Assembly: GCA_910592345.1 (NCBI GenBank)
Contig: CAJVPI010000302.1
Location: 1 to 36,166 of the forward strand
Length of the DNA: 36,166 nt
Direction: 5' to 3'
Origin: Paraglomus brasilianum
Taxonomy: Eukaryota
Shown: positions 1 through 12,870 of the stretch, piece by piece
Layout: each line of letters starts with the position of its first letter
How positions within the stretch are numbered: the stretch's first letter is position 1
Program-made: the position numbers and the translations under genes
The notes under the pieces: model-generated
The model's database searches: none
Told to the model about the DNA's origin: nothing
What the model saw: only the letters and a program-made list of their open reading frames with translations

Positions 1-1094
1 CTTTCACATACTTGGTCGTGTCTGCACAGGGGACAATGCATGTTGAACTTTAACGGTCGAGAGAGTCGGAGGACATGGATCTATAATTGATAGCTATACG
101 CGAATTGTTAGATATTTGTATATCTTCGTGCTAAAATTGGCACAGCTGAGAGTTGTAGTAACGAACCGATGTAAGCAGTAGCCCGTGGTGAAGTGAAGCC
201 GACAATGTGCTTTATACACAATGATTCCGTGTTGATTTCCGGACAAGAGGATAAATTTTCTTTCATCAAGAATTACTGAATCAATCAGTATAGTTACTTC
301 AATGTCTGACGTAAAAGGAGCGAGAATACACGACAAGCGGACGCGTTGGAGAAACAAATAAAATTCAATATTATGCATAAGAGTGTGAAATTATATAAGC
401 CATAAGTAATTGAGTTATTACCCGTCTATAATGAAATCAGTTTAGTCAGCAACTGGAAGGAAAGCAAGAGAGACTGGAGACGGAGAAGACAAAGTGGAGT
501 GTCCAGTGGTTTGTGACCGGTAACCCGTTGTTGCTCTATTTTAGATAACCGCTGCATATCTTGCCGCATTAACTCATAGGTCCCCCTGGCTGCTATTACA
601 TTTATAGCTCATCATCCCCGACAAAATGGACAATCGTTGATTTATCGTCGATCTTCGGTAAGGTGACGCATGTAGTCGGTATTAATACAATTATGACAGT
701 TGGAACGCGCACAGATTGTCTTGAGGAGACGAAAAAAAATAAAAACAACATATATTACTTCTACGAATATTCGCTCGTACTTTTCACAACCATCAGCTAA
801 CTCTGACAAATTCCTACCAAGACTTAATCCAATACCAAGATCGGTCCAAATCTTCACTCTTAGCGATTATACCAAAGCTCTTTTTCAAGCAGGCTTTATA
901 TCCAGCATGCCAACGCTACAAGCGTTTTGGATTGCATTCAGTTGTAATCTTATGCATTAGTCCTAATTGGCAGAATACTGCCTTCAGTGATCACTCACAA
1001 CCGTTATCCCACCTTCGTCAATTATCATGTGACTCACTTATTATTATCAGATCAGCTGGATTACTCTCTCTCTCTCTCTATACTCCTCTCTACA

Positions 1095-1330
1095 ATTGGA
1101 ACGCATGGTTTTCAAATACTTGATTGTACGCTGGAATTATTTATTTCCAAGGTAAAACAATCTCCTATATTATTGTATTATTCATTAATGTTATCTAATT
1201 TGATGTTAATGTTCGTTTAATTGTATTTTTAGGAATTATGCTATGGTTATTTATGGAGTTACGGAACGACAGAAACAAAGAACATACAATCTTGATACAC
1301 TATGCCGATAAGGGTGAAAACTACATCCTG
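1095..1330 (+). pseudogene. Possible fragment of a TKL-type protein kinase (subdomains II-V), frameshifted
   Basis: GFQILDCTLELFISK, then a GT-AG intron (1152-1232), then VIYGVT / frameshift / NKEHTILIHYADKG. This resembles the kinase stretch YGITxxPETKEYxxVMxYAxxG. No catalytic loop is visible. Confidence 0.35.
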
Positions 1331-1468
1331 CCATTTAATCTTAGGAGCACAATAAGACAGTGGTATAGGGTCCTAAGCCCATTTGGCCACTTCCCAAAAA
1401 GTACTAGGGGAGCTTTTGTGCCTATTCTGCTTCACTGAGATCATGAATGCAGAATTTTATGTTGGGAA

Positions 1469-1925
1469 TGAGGAGAGCCATTTTAACAGAAATTGGTGTG
1501 TGGTGGCTCTTCAATTTTTATGGGCCAAACCTTTTACCTTGTTGTTTTTAAATTTGTACTGAGGAGAACCATTCTACCAATTTTATGAAAATTCTTAACG
1601 CCGTTATTAACGCCAAAAAAAAGAGAGAAAGACTTCCCAACTTCGGAACTCGAATTGCTGAATTAGGAAACAATTAATGAAATCAAGAAACTAATCGACG
1701 AGGGAAGTCAAATGATAATTGATAATCTTAACAGAAATTGGTGTATGATAGCTCTTCAATACTTGTGGGCCAAACCTTTCACCTTGTTGTTTTTAAATTT
1801 GAGGAGAACCATTTTACCAATGAATCACCATTGTCAGAAATTGGTGTATGGTAGCTCTTCAATTTTGTGGGCCAAACCTTTCACCTTGTTGTTTTTAAAC
1901 CATTTTACCAATTAATCACCATTGT
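1469..1925. repeat. Imperfect direct repeat, three copies of about 90-105 bp
   Basis: Unit CAGAAATTGGTGT..GCTCTTCAAT..TGGGCCAAACCTTT.ACCTTGTTGTTTTTAAA..ACCATT.TACCAAT starts at about 1485, 1730 and 1835. A partial unit end lies at 1469-1485. About 150 bp of unrelated sequence separates copies 1 and 2. Confidence 0.9.
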
Positions 1926-2249
1926 AGCTTCATAATTTTGAACCAAATTTAATGATAATTTAACAGAGGATATTCAAAAGACTCACTCCTTCAATAGTTA
2001 TGAGTTTTTAAAGTTTATATATATCCAAGATATTCTAGCAGACTTTTTTTAAAAAAACATACCAACGGTAGTGCTTTAAATATAAAGTAAATAAAAGAAA
2101 ACGTTATTTATTATGTCCGATAATTTAACAAAAAAGTTTCCGTAGTAGTAGAGTATAAATTTGTCGATTTATTACCCAAAATATGTGCTTTAGTAAAAAA
2201 TTTTATCCTCATATAATAATAATAATAAATGTAAGACAAAAACTTAATA

Positions 2250-2409
2250 CACAGTGAAAGTCGATATAACGGATTTCGCTTAGTACGGATTTTTTTCGAT
2301 AAACGGAGCTTAACGAGACATTGTTCAATATAACGGAATTATAACGGTGTCACGATATAACGGATTTGTGCACTGTCCCGAGGAATCCGTTATATCGACT
2401 TCCACTGTG
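2250..2409. mobile_element. MITE (non-autonomous Tc1/mariner-pogo-type DNA transposon), 160 bp
   Basis: 26-bp terminal inverted repeats CACAGTG(A/G)AAGTCGATATAACGGATT with one mismatch, flanked by TA on both sides (2248-2249 and 2410-2411). Internal reiterations of (G)ATATAACGG. No coding capacity. Confidence 0.9.
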
Positions 2410-2716
2410 TAGTTTAATTACAATTGATAATAGTTTATTTGGTCTGATACTAAATTTCAGAATATTTGCACCATTACTTGCTGAGTAATTTAAATTTGAT
2501 CTCATGGCAAGGTTTTTCACTGTAGGGTTTAAAAATTGTTCGTTTCTCTATTCTTGTTGACAGATTTTTCTTGCAGTCCTTACTGTCCTTTTTCGCGAAA
2601 GCATGGCCAAAGGCAAAAAGCAACCCCGCCAAGGTCCAGCCGAACCCCAAGACGCAGGAATAATGATCGAACTAAAGTCTAATAAGTAAAGCTTACGCTT
2701 AACTCGCAAGACATCG

Positions 2717-3950
2717 AGCACTCGTCTTTTGGTCGATTACGTCAACATGATCTTTGTCTTCAGCGACAGCTACAAGTGTACGTATTGTTTTGAATAACTA
2801 ATTGCCTTAACATGATTACCACTCTTCATTCCCACCGTTATCTAACGAGATTTATCAAACCTTTCCCCAATACCCTTTCTAGATCTCGTTCCAAACCCCA
2901 CTCGTCTTCTAACCTACCAAGCTCTTGTAATTCTCCTTCATATACTTCCCAGTACCTGGTACAGCATCATAACAGCCGAGCTATCGACTCCGTGCAGCAA
3001 GAATGGCGAACCACTCGCTAACCTCGATGTAGTCGAATGTATATTTGCTCAAAAAACCCATCCCTGCCAAGTACGAGAAGGATACGGTGTGCCTGATCAC
3101 CGACCAAAGTTTAGACTCGGCGGGCAAGCCATTTTGCCTGATTATACTAAGGACATGACAAGTTCGGTGTAGGAAATGAGAGAACTTCTGCTCCTATTCA
3201 TAATAATTTTTGCACTAAGAATCATTCTTTGGGCTACAATTGTGTAGAGCTCGATTCTTTCCCTTCCAAGCCGTCTGTTCGTCTTAACCCAACCTATAAA
3301 TCAATCTTTCTAGACTTCCTAGATCGTAGTTACATCGTTGGTCTTCCTCGGTCCCATATGTTGATCAGTGTTAGTCAATCTAATATAGTATTACTGCATT
3401 GTTGTCCGCGTGTTAAAGCGTCGGATATTGTTAAATTGCTTTGGTGGATGATGGCGAAGAAAGGATCAGAGAAAGCTCGAGAGACATAATAGAGATAAAA
3501 AGGAATTACTTTATAGTATTTACTTCATCTTCCAATCGTATTGTTCGCATAGTTGCGTAAATTATGCGCATGTTGACTGACTGGTTTCTTAATAGTACTT
3601 CTTGAGCGGTGAAACGTCCAAAAATTGTTGTTCCAAGAATTAAATGACACAGCAGACCCAGTAATACTAGTAATAGGTGAAGCGTTTCTGGGGATGAGGC
3701 CGCTGTAGGGTCGTAATTGTGGCAGCAGCAATGTATTACTGTGCTATCAACATTATTCCAGATATCCTTTTTGCATCGTAGTTATGCGTCGTCATATATG
3801 GAGCCATAGAGTTGTTGTGGCTGTTGTATGTAATTGTGCTGTTGTGCGTAGCGGTGATAGCTTGTCAAACATACCCGCCAAATTCGGTAGAAGAGCAAGA
3901 CATGCCAAGATTGCAAAGTCTGTTGCGACGCATAAACATAGCTGATCGTC
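2717..3950 (-). pseudogene. Degenerate gene of unknown family, paralog of 25130-26470
   Basis: Colinear nucleotide anchors shared with 25130-26470: AACATGATCTTTGTCTT (2744/25159), AGAGAAAGCTCGAGAGACATAA (3468/25799), TGTGG.AGCAGCAAT (about 3718/26008). The minus strand shows a hydrophobic stretch (FAILACLALL) followed by a Thr-rich segment. All frames are interrupted. Confidence 0.45.
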
Positions 3951-5339
3951 AGAAAATCATCTGGCCGTTTTTATCCCAAAATCTTATTATGATGATCGGC
4001 AAGGATTTTAGGGTACATATCTGAGATTCTTTTGTTGTGCTACCGAACTTCTAACTGCACCCCAAATCACCAACTACCCATTTTCATAGATCCCCATTAT
4101 ATACGAGGCGAGGCAACAAAAAAAGTTAACAGATTTTTCATCAAAGAGAGAACCCACAATTCATAAGAGGTGAACAAATTGGTTTAGTTTATATGGAGAA
4201 AGAAATAAAGAGATTTTTATTATTAAGATCTAATTCGAGACAAGCGATAAGTATCGTATATAATATCATTACATATGACGTCGTTATTTAAAACCCTATG
4301 ATATCCAACCCCGCGTATATCAACGAAATTGGCCGGTCCCGTGTATTAGACTGTATATACATGTCAGTCCTGTTGTTGTACACATCGGCCGTGAGCTGAT
4401 TATAAGAATCACAATAATAGGTGCAATCGAGATCTTTGTCTTCAGACATCCATTTTGCTGAAGCATCTTTGGTAATTTTTTTAAAGTTCGGCCGGCAATT
4501 TTGTTAGGGATTTTTTGATTCTGCTTATTTCGTCTTGGATGTCGCTGGTAGTTCTTCACCGTAGAGCCAATTATATTTATTTGTGTTGTTTATTATGAGA
4601 TCATTCCACAAGAACGTTGAACATATCGAAACTAGATGCTTAACAAACATCAACCGCAGGGTATGTCAAACATTTCCATCTCATTCGTAAGCACATTAGA
4701 TGCTTAACGCTCCAGTTGATAGAACGTAATTCGAACAAAAGTTTCTTATAAGATAGTGTCGTCGACTAAAAGTATCAGGAATTTGTTTATGTTAATGACA
4801 CCCTTATTAAAAGCGTAAAAAGCATCTATTCCACATGCTGACGTAGGCGAATCATTCCACAACTTCACGTCAAATGGTGCATTAGTTCTGACAATCAATC
4901 GACGACTTGATAAATGCTTATAAACATTATGGCCTCTGGATCTTTTATTCAGAACTGACAACATAGAGCCAAGTGACAATTCCGCTGACCAAACCATTTA
5001 TTATGCAATGTTAGATACTTACGAAAGCAACATTCCTTGATGCTCTAGGTTAACCGGTTTTATCGGTTTGTGTTTACGTGATTGGTTCAGTAGGGCGCTT
5101 CATGCTTGAAAAAGGAAGGCATGTCACTACGTCATATGGAGAAAATCAAACAGTTAGTCTCTTATTTGATTTATTGTTTCTTAAATTCCATCTACATTAT
5201 ATTTCTAATGCATACTACATTATTTTCTTATTATCTTATTGCTCAATTCTTTTTCAGTCCGTTTGGTTTAACCATTGAAGTAATAAAATCAATCTTACAT
5301 CATTTATTGGTCTTATTCATTCCCATGCATTGATTGATG

Positions 5340-5720
5340 GCATGGTGATGAATATATAAACTGTTAAACCTTAACAGCGTTGTATGTGTGGCAGCATTTT
5401 TTGTCGTACGCAAGGAATCATCGAGTTTTATGAGAATGTACGACTAAAGATATTTGACGTATGCGGCGGTAGGGCCGTGATGGTATGTGTGTGGCAGTAG
5501 CACAGTGTTGTGAGTTGCTAATAATATGTGAAACAGAAGATAGTAAGTATCTGATGATGTCTGTTAGCAGATGTCACCGACAAACCAATGATAAGTAGTA
5601 AAGCTCATACTTACTAACTCATTATCATAACCTTCGGTTAATAACACCGCCGCCTCTCCTATGACTAACTCCTCTTCTCCTATGACTATTTATTACATCA
5701 AAGCGTTAACATGACAGACT
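5340..5720 (-). pseudogene. 5' fragment with an intact-looking intron, homologous to 26075-26470
   Basis: Minus-strand intron GTAAGT...GCTAAC...CAG (about 5551-5614). Anchors shared with the 26 kb copy: TATAAACTGTTAAA (5355/26085), ACAAACCAATGATAA (5580/26353), TCATACTTACTAA (5605/26374). Confidence 0.45.
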
Positions 5721-6399
5721 TCTTTCACTGTAACAATATCACGTCAACTGACAAAAATACCAACCATCACCTCTTACACTCTACAGCAGCGTGCCGAAGC
5801 CGCTTATTTTCAGTGAGGGGGTATCAAACAAGCTAAACTACAACCCAACATTTAGAGTAAACCTTTTTTAAATCAAACGGCACGTGAATTGAGAAACAAA
5901 TCAATGACGGTGTAACCGTAGCTGTAATACACGTAAAATAATTTTCCGTTTACATGGATGTTAATTGTACAGGAATCTCTGGAGAAAATGTACAAGAGAA
6001 TGCAGTCACTGTGTGCACAAATGATTTGGCATTCGAAAATTCCGATTAATGTGTTGCGAATACTTTAAGCTGTAAGTGAATACTAGATACTTAAACTGTG
6101 AATTGCATACAATAATAGGAAATTCGCGAAATGGAAATTATTGCAATTTTGAAAATCCCTGTAGTAAGCATGAACTTTCCTATTATTACTGATTGTCATG
6201 ACACCCATTAGCAATATTATTTCAGATGCTAACCGCTCAACTCTATTTCATGACTTCTAGGACTGGAGGATTTTACTGGATTCACGAGCGCGTAAACGCG
6301 AATAGCTACAATGCACACTATTCCGACCAGCCAATGTTCCAGATTGAATAGCAAACTGACACGTGAAATCGAAGAAAACCACAAGCGATGGCGCAATTA

Positions 6400-8295
6400 A
6401 GTCTAGAAGATAGTAATGAGATGGATTGGAAACAGTATATCTAGGGAAGGTTTTATTGGTTAAAAAGAGGATGTGTATGCGTCAAATGGAAACACTGACA
6501 AGCCAGGAGATGTCCCTGTCCTTTATGAACTACATCGAGTATGCGCTACGACGAAGAACCGGACTATGACATCAACCAAAGACACGCAATGCCACAAACA
6601 ATGCAAATCCCAGACACAACGACATCAAACCCAAGACACGCAAATGCCACAAATAATGCAAATCCGCAAAGGGATTAGAAGAGACAGGCACAACTTCTGT
6701 GAGAGGAAGGCGATATCTCGGATGAAAAATAGTTATAGTATTGTTATCGATGTATCGGTGTAGTCAAGAGAATAATGACACATCAGAGCGTAATCCCAAT
6801 GCTATCACATTATGTAAACTACCATGTAACGAAATGAGGCATCCAGAAGCGATTGCTGCGGTGTCATCATTCACCCCATCTAATAACCAAAATCAACGGC
6901 AAGCCTGTAGCTGTATACATCCTCCAAGCCCGTACACGACAATCTTTTGCCAGAATTAAACTAGAGGTTATACTCTGCCTGGAAAATCCTTCATGGCTCG
7001 CCAGATGCTTCTCGCAGCTCGCCTCCCATCCTGATATGGATTTGGGTTGACGGATTAGGAAATCGGTATAACGATAATCATAATACTCATTATTACGGCT
7101 GATGCAAAATATGGAAATTCATTAAGATTACCTATCCATCTTTACAGCATGGACCGTTGGCATTGGTGGAAAGCGACGTCACAGTGAACAAAAGATGAAT
7201 CAACCCTAGTCTTCAATTGATACCATCTGCACGTCTTGGACATCTTGTGGAGATTAGCGCTGCAAGTTTGACAAGCTTTATATGGCTAAACGGGTTCGGT
7301 CCAGAACTGATCTACGCAAGCAGAATTTTAGCTTATCGAAACTTGATTTCGACAGGTGAATGTGAGTCATCGTGCTGGTGGTTTCTACCCTGACGACTGG
7401 AAGCAAGTGATTGAGGGATGGATCAAATCATACATGATCATGATAATAAGAGAAAGATATATAGAAGCCCATGTCAATCGCACATATAACCCCGGTCCGA
7501 TGTTCATCCTCGCAGTCGAGATTGATTCCGTCATGGAATGTAAAGGGTTTGAAGGAGTGCATGTTACGAATGTCAGATCATTATGAGCGATTTGTGGTGC
7601 AAAACTTTATGTTGGAGTGCGGCTGACGGGTGATGAGGATGGTTAAAGCCTTCACACGATTTCGTAATGTCAATTGTGTTCACGGGTTTTATATCAAATA
7701 TTGAGGTACTAGTCAGCTGATGAATTGTGATTATAGTTTTACGAGCGTAGACTAAATCTAGCGTCTTTTTAACTATTATTTACTTAGATGACTATGAATT
7801 ATGTTCACTCGTGACTTTTTGTTTTGCGTAGAATGGACATTCTTTCGTCAGACCTCATGTACGATCTTGAATGGCTAATGAACGATAATAAATCTTGGGA
7901 GGTCAGGTCAGTCCACGGTATAGAATATTATCCGGATATGCAATTTAATGCACCGTTAAGTATACTATCTGAATTGACATTTTTTTCTGCAGATGATCCC
8001 AATGTTTCACTCAGACCAAAGTTGACTCATTTCGCCCGTTACTTGGGAGACAGCCGACAAGTTAGTCGAACAGCTTGCGGTCTTGACATACAACATTAAA
8101 AAAGTGATAATCAAAGATTACCTTATATCACTCTGTTTCTCAATAATAGACTTGATTTCAACAAGGTTTTGTATCAAACGCGTCAGTCTACAGACGAACT
8201 CAACTGCAAGTGGAAGGAAAGCGCTATGCTGTTGGGATGGGATATTCAGAGGAGAAGATGTCGGAATCTATGATAACATTGAATTTATATTATAA
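6400..8295 (+). pseudogene. Unidentified decayed coding region
   Basis: A chain of overlapping protein-like ORF fragments on the + strand (6473, 6853, 7356, 7824, 8083), for example RMDILSSDLMYDLEWLMNDNKSWEVRSVHGIEYYPDMQF, with intron-like sequence near 7705-7830. No family recognised. Confidence 0.3.
6568..6665 (+). repeat. Tandem duplication, period 53 bp
   Basis: GACATCAA..C.AAGACACGCAA(A)TGCCACAAA.AATGCAAATCC at 6568 and 6621. Confidence 0.85.
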
Positions 8296-8319
8296 GAAAA
8301 GCTTCTACGCTTCTAATTA

Positions 8320-8369
8320 GACAACAACAAAACGACAACAACAAAACGACAAACAAAACGACAACAAAA
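8320..8369 (+). repeat. Short tandem repeat, about 14-bp unit
   Basis: GACAACAACAAAAC twice, then two shortened variants. Confidence 0.85.
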
Positions 8370-10713
8370 TGAACCCGGCAGTCAAACAATTCACAAGTTC
8401 AAACTGTAGTGGTGCGAAGATGTTGATCTACGGAAAATAGAAGCCGGTTTTTGTTCTGACTATGAGAAACCAAGGATCTGCCTGCTATCGGTGGTGTAAA
8501 TTTTGTTAGGATGTACAATAGATTTAATTCTTAGGATTTCAAGTAAGTAGGCTATTAGCCTCGGGTGCTGCACATAATATTTTTGGCTATATCTTGCATT
8601 TTACTCTTCATAACAATCTTATATATATTAGCCAGATACAAATACAAAGAGGTAGCATATTTTTTTGTGCATCTTAATCTATGGTCATATTAATTATGTA
8701 TAATCGTTTAGGGAAAAAACTTTGCAATATTCAGATTGGCTATTATACTTCAGCAGAAAGTGACATTCCAATGAAGCAAATACTTCGATAATTTATTTGG
8801 TTTTAGCAACTATTTTATGTAAATATTGTACATGAGTGAAGAAACTTTCTAATAAAATGTCTGTATAAAGTATATCATCACAAACTGTTACTTCATCAGA
8901 CTGAAACTATATAATACATTTTTGACAATTATCGAAGGAAGAAGAAGTGAAAGCTAATCTTTTATAACACGTCTCCGTCATGTACCGCTTGGCACATGAC
9001 AACAACCCGGACCATCACCTTCCTCATCCTGCTTTGCCGACTCCATATACTTGGTAAGTACGACACGACCCATCATCTTCCATATACTTGGTAAGTACGC
9101 TGGCGATTATTGCCAGGCGCCCAAACAACTAATGATGAGGATTGGCTGCAGGTATCCTCAGTATTGTCATAAGACAACTTCGTCCATCCCAGTAGTAAAG
9201 CCGTCAACCATTTCCCCAATGCTAGCAGCAGCAGATACCCTGCCTAACGTTGAACAACTTTGAGGCGCTGTGCAGCACCAGACCAAATAACAACACTATT
9301 TTTAAAAACTTTCATTTATTTGGCCCAAAATATTTTCTGATTGAGGTACTTGCCGACCTTGCTAATTTAGCAAGTACCTTGAAAAACAGTTTTAAAAAAC
9401 TGGTTTACGCGTGGTTCTTCATTCTTCCTTGGGACCTCGTTATGGATAAAACCGCGCAATTCTGTAATAGTTCTTCCAATACGTTTCTTTCGTGCAGCAG
9501 GCCTGTTTCTAAGGCAGAGCCCTCTGGGCAAAGACGGTACATGGATATATATAAATATATTACATATAGATATATTAATATTAAAAGTGGTAGACGCATT
9601 AGACATAGACGATATTACTAATACAATTACACGTGATTGCAGATCAAACATAAGCCATTGACGAATTACGCGATCCATATCATGTCAGATACTCTTATAA
9701 TTTGTTTCTTAATACCTTTGAATCTCAAACGCGAACAGTTACAATGCAAAGTTCTGGGTTGAAAACCACTGGCTTGAATCTCACGTGAACCAATACCATA
9801 TTTGTTGAAATGGCAAGGCGCGACAGACGTAAGACGTTGATGCAATATTAACGAAATCTTGTAGACATAAAGCACTAACATTACGCACAGTTTGACAGCT
9901 GGTTAAACCTTTCAATGATGGTAGGGACTTGAATCGATGATGTTCAATTTTAATAAGTGTCTCTAGACTCAGGTTTAGCTGCTTATATTTATATAACTCG
10001 GTTGTGTAGACACATTACGGCTATTAAATATATGACTGTAGCACAGACTTGTCATTGATGAGTAGCGTAGAGAAGTGGAGTGCTAGGTGAAAGGGTGGTA
10101 TCATTATTAAACCATGATAGTCAGTGGCTAGTTATTAATATGAGCTAGGGAAAACTGCATTAACACAATAAAATAATGCTTCGTTACAATAATTTACTCG
10201 TTACATTACTGTCTAGAGCGGTTTGAGATATATCGATAAAAGTTTCATGTTATAAAAATAGTCTGTTATCATATGAAACATCAGCATAAAAAGTGTGCTT
10301 AATAAAGACCTCGAAACCTCAGCATAAAAAGCTATAAATAATCGCGTACTCTTAATAATGTGATTCAAAGTAATATGCTTAGTCCATCGGCGCAAAACAA
10401 CAATCTTGCCAATGCTAGTTTATCGAATTATAATACTATACAGATGAATGCGTCTATCTCTTTTTTTAGGTTGGTCTGTTTTTATATGCACGTCTCCTTG
10501 CATTTGACTCCTGTCGAGCAAAAAACTTTCAATATCAAATATCTACTTTTACTTTTATCAGCAAATAGTGTTCTTTTTTTTTATTGCTTTAGACTACCAA
10601 AGGTTTCTCTTGGCCCAATGATTTTGCACATACGGTCATCAATCCGAATATACCGATACTAAATACGCAATATCTGTTATATTCGTGTCACATTTATTTG
10701 TATATAAATACAT

Positions 10714-10917
10714 ACATTGATCCACGTTCTACATAATATTACCCTTTCTCACGCATACATAATATTACCCTTTCTCACGCATACATAATATTACCCTTTC
10801 TCACGCATACATAATATTACCCTTTCTCACGCATACATAATATTACTCTTTCTCACGCATACATAATATTACTCTTTCTCACGCACACATTGATCCGCGT
10901 TCTACATAATATTACCC
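10714..10917. repeat. Minisatellite, 6 x 26 bp, bracketed by a 31-bp direct repeat
   Basis: ACATAATATTAC(C/T)CTTTCTCACGCAT starts at 10731, 10757, 10783, 10809, 10835 and 10861. ACATTGATCC(A/G)CGTTCTACATAATATTACCC occurs at 10714 and 10887. Confidence 0.97.
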
Positions 10918-10974
10918 GCTACATAACATTAGCGTTAGTACTCTCTCGCATCGCATATATTGGTTCACGCCCTT

Positions 10975-11610
10975 CCCTTGCTTACGAATATGGAAACTTT
11001 AAGGCTCACACGGTTATATACAATAATCGAGTAGCGTTCGAATTCTATCAACAAGGCGCTGACCTGTTGCATAATGTCTTGTTGGCGCGTGCTATAACGA
11101 TGGAATGTTTGTAGAAAAGGAGGCAGTTGAGTTATTTCAAAAGCGGCAAACTAAAATTATTCCGTTGCAGAATATAATCTCGCCGTATGTTATTATAACG
11201 GAGCTGGGATAGAAAAAAATGCCCACAAGGCGTTCGATCTGTATCAAAAAGCTGCTATACAAGGTCTGGCCAGTGCACAATATAATCTTGGCCTCGGTTA
11301 TTAAAAAGAGGCCATGTCCTTGCACACTACAGACTCTGTTTGTGCTACCACTTTGCAAGAGATTAAGTTGGACGGAATCGATGTAGAAAGACTATCAAAA
11401 AGCAATCACGTTAATTCAAAAAACTGCCGAACAAAAACATTTCCTTGCTCAGCTTGCACTCGGTTCGTGTTATTGTACTGGAAGCTGATCACCAAAAAGC
11501 AGTTGACACGGTCTTGTCAGTATACAACATAAAGTGATTATCGAAAATTGCTTAATAAACGGTTGCTTGTCGAGGCACAATGTACAACACAATTTGTTTA
11601 TACACCATAG
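10975..11610 (+). pseudogene. Sel1-like repeat protein, pseudogene
   Basis: NYSVAEYNLAVCYYNGAGIEKNAHKAFDLYQKAAIQGLASAQYNLGLGY* (about 11155-11304). Frameshifted repeats AFEFYQQGAD, GHVLAHYRLCLCY and KTAEQKHFLAQLALGSCY lie on either side. Confidence 0.9.
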
Positions 11611-12440
11611 ACAAAAATGCAAAAAATGCAAAGTAGATTATAATAACTAAAACTGTATAATAGTTTTCTTCTGCGCTCCCTCACCGTGACAATAGGGCCC
11701 TGTAGTGTCGATGCTTAGCGAGAGGCCACCGACTTAGCCAACTTTATTATACTACTTAAGTATATCTTTATGATTCTATCTTTAAGATCAGACATTATTG
11801 TAACCAATTATTTCTTTCAGAAAATAATTTCCTTCTTGCTAGACGAATGATTTCACTGTTGCTAGACGAATGATTTTGCGTCGACTATTATTTTTTATGA
11901 TTCGCGTTTCGTAGTACTCTTATTCGCAGACTTACATTGGGATCGTGTCTCGAATATATCTTAGGCAAACAGATATATTCTCCATCGGCCTTTCTATACT
12001 ATCCGTAATAATTATAAAATATATAATAATTAAATAAGAATACAACACTTCAGATTTAACCGCTACTTTTAATGGCCTATTAATTTCGTTAATAGGAATT
12101 AATAACATCGCCGTTACGAAGACGAATAATATATCACCGAAGGTCAGGTTCAACAGATATTCCTGGTAAAACGAGCGGACGAAGAATGCCGCTCATATAT
12201 AAAATATCTAATACCCGTTATACATTATATCGTAGATTATCTCGTTAATGAAGGTTAATTTCAGTCTCAATATCAATATTTCTCTTTCCACTGTAATGCT
12301 CCGATTGGATTTCATCAAGAATATCCGCATTTCGCTTCGTGTCTCTATCACACCCTATGGCTCCAATACTCTACTAACATTTTGGCATAGGTTCCCCCCA
12401 TTGACGAAATAATATTTTAACTTGAACAAAATAACAATAA

Positions 12441-12870
12441 ATTTACAATAACGATAAGTTCACAATAACGGTATTTACAATAACGATGGATTCACAATAA
12501 CCTTTGTTATATATTACGAGTATCAACCTTTTAACGAGTATATTATTACGAACGCCTTTTTCTGTAATAAACGTAAGGTCTTATAATCGCAATCTTTCTA
12601 AGCTGAACACTTCTCCCGCTTCCCTTATTAGTCACCAAGATATTACCACAAAGCATCAATAGACGGATACTCTGCTACTTGTCTTATTAGTCGCGAAGAA
12701 CTTGTATGCAAAGTGTCAATTCAGAGAATAATATAATAGCCGAATACTTCTCATGCCCTGCTTATTAGTCGCCATGATTTTATAACGAAATAATTATTTC
12801 CGTAACATGTCTCATTAGTCACTAGGGAATTCTTACATAAAAGTATCGGTAGAGAACAAAATAATACAAC
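12441..12870. repeat. Arrays of short reiterated motifs, possibly a transposon subterminal region
   Basis: A 32-bp tandem duplication (12441-12504) contains 4 x ACAATAAC. CT(T/C)ATTAGTC occurs at 12624, 12683, 12761 and 12811, and three of these are followed by an AAAGY.TC-like motif. Confidence 0.6.

Noticed and set aside
4433..4447. GATCTTTGTCTTCAG match to 2749 as the 3' end of a third full paralog
   Set aside because: The flanking sequence does not align. A single 15-bp match in 36 kb of AT-rich DNA can arise by chance.
8370..8540. Kinase-associated Cys motif (GFCSDYEKP..YRWCKFC)
   Set aside because: Too short and frameshifted, and no kinase domain follows.
11695..11745. tRNA-like 5' sequence GGGCCCTGTAGTG
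   Set aside because: No T-arm GTTCRA motif and no complementary acceptor stem.
10731..12870. CRISPR-like arrays (26-bp repeat; CTTATTAGTC array)
   Set aside because: The 26-bp units have no spacers. The other motif is only 10 bp with irregular spacing. The context is eukaryotic and there are no cas genes.
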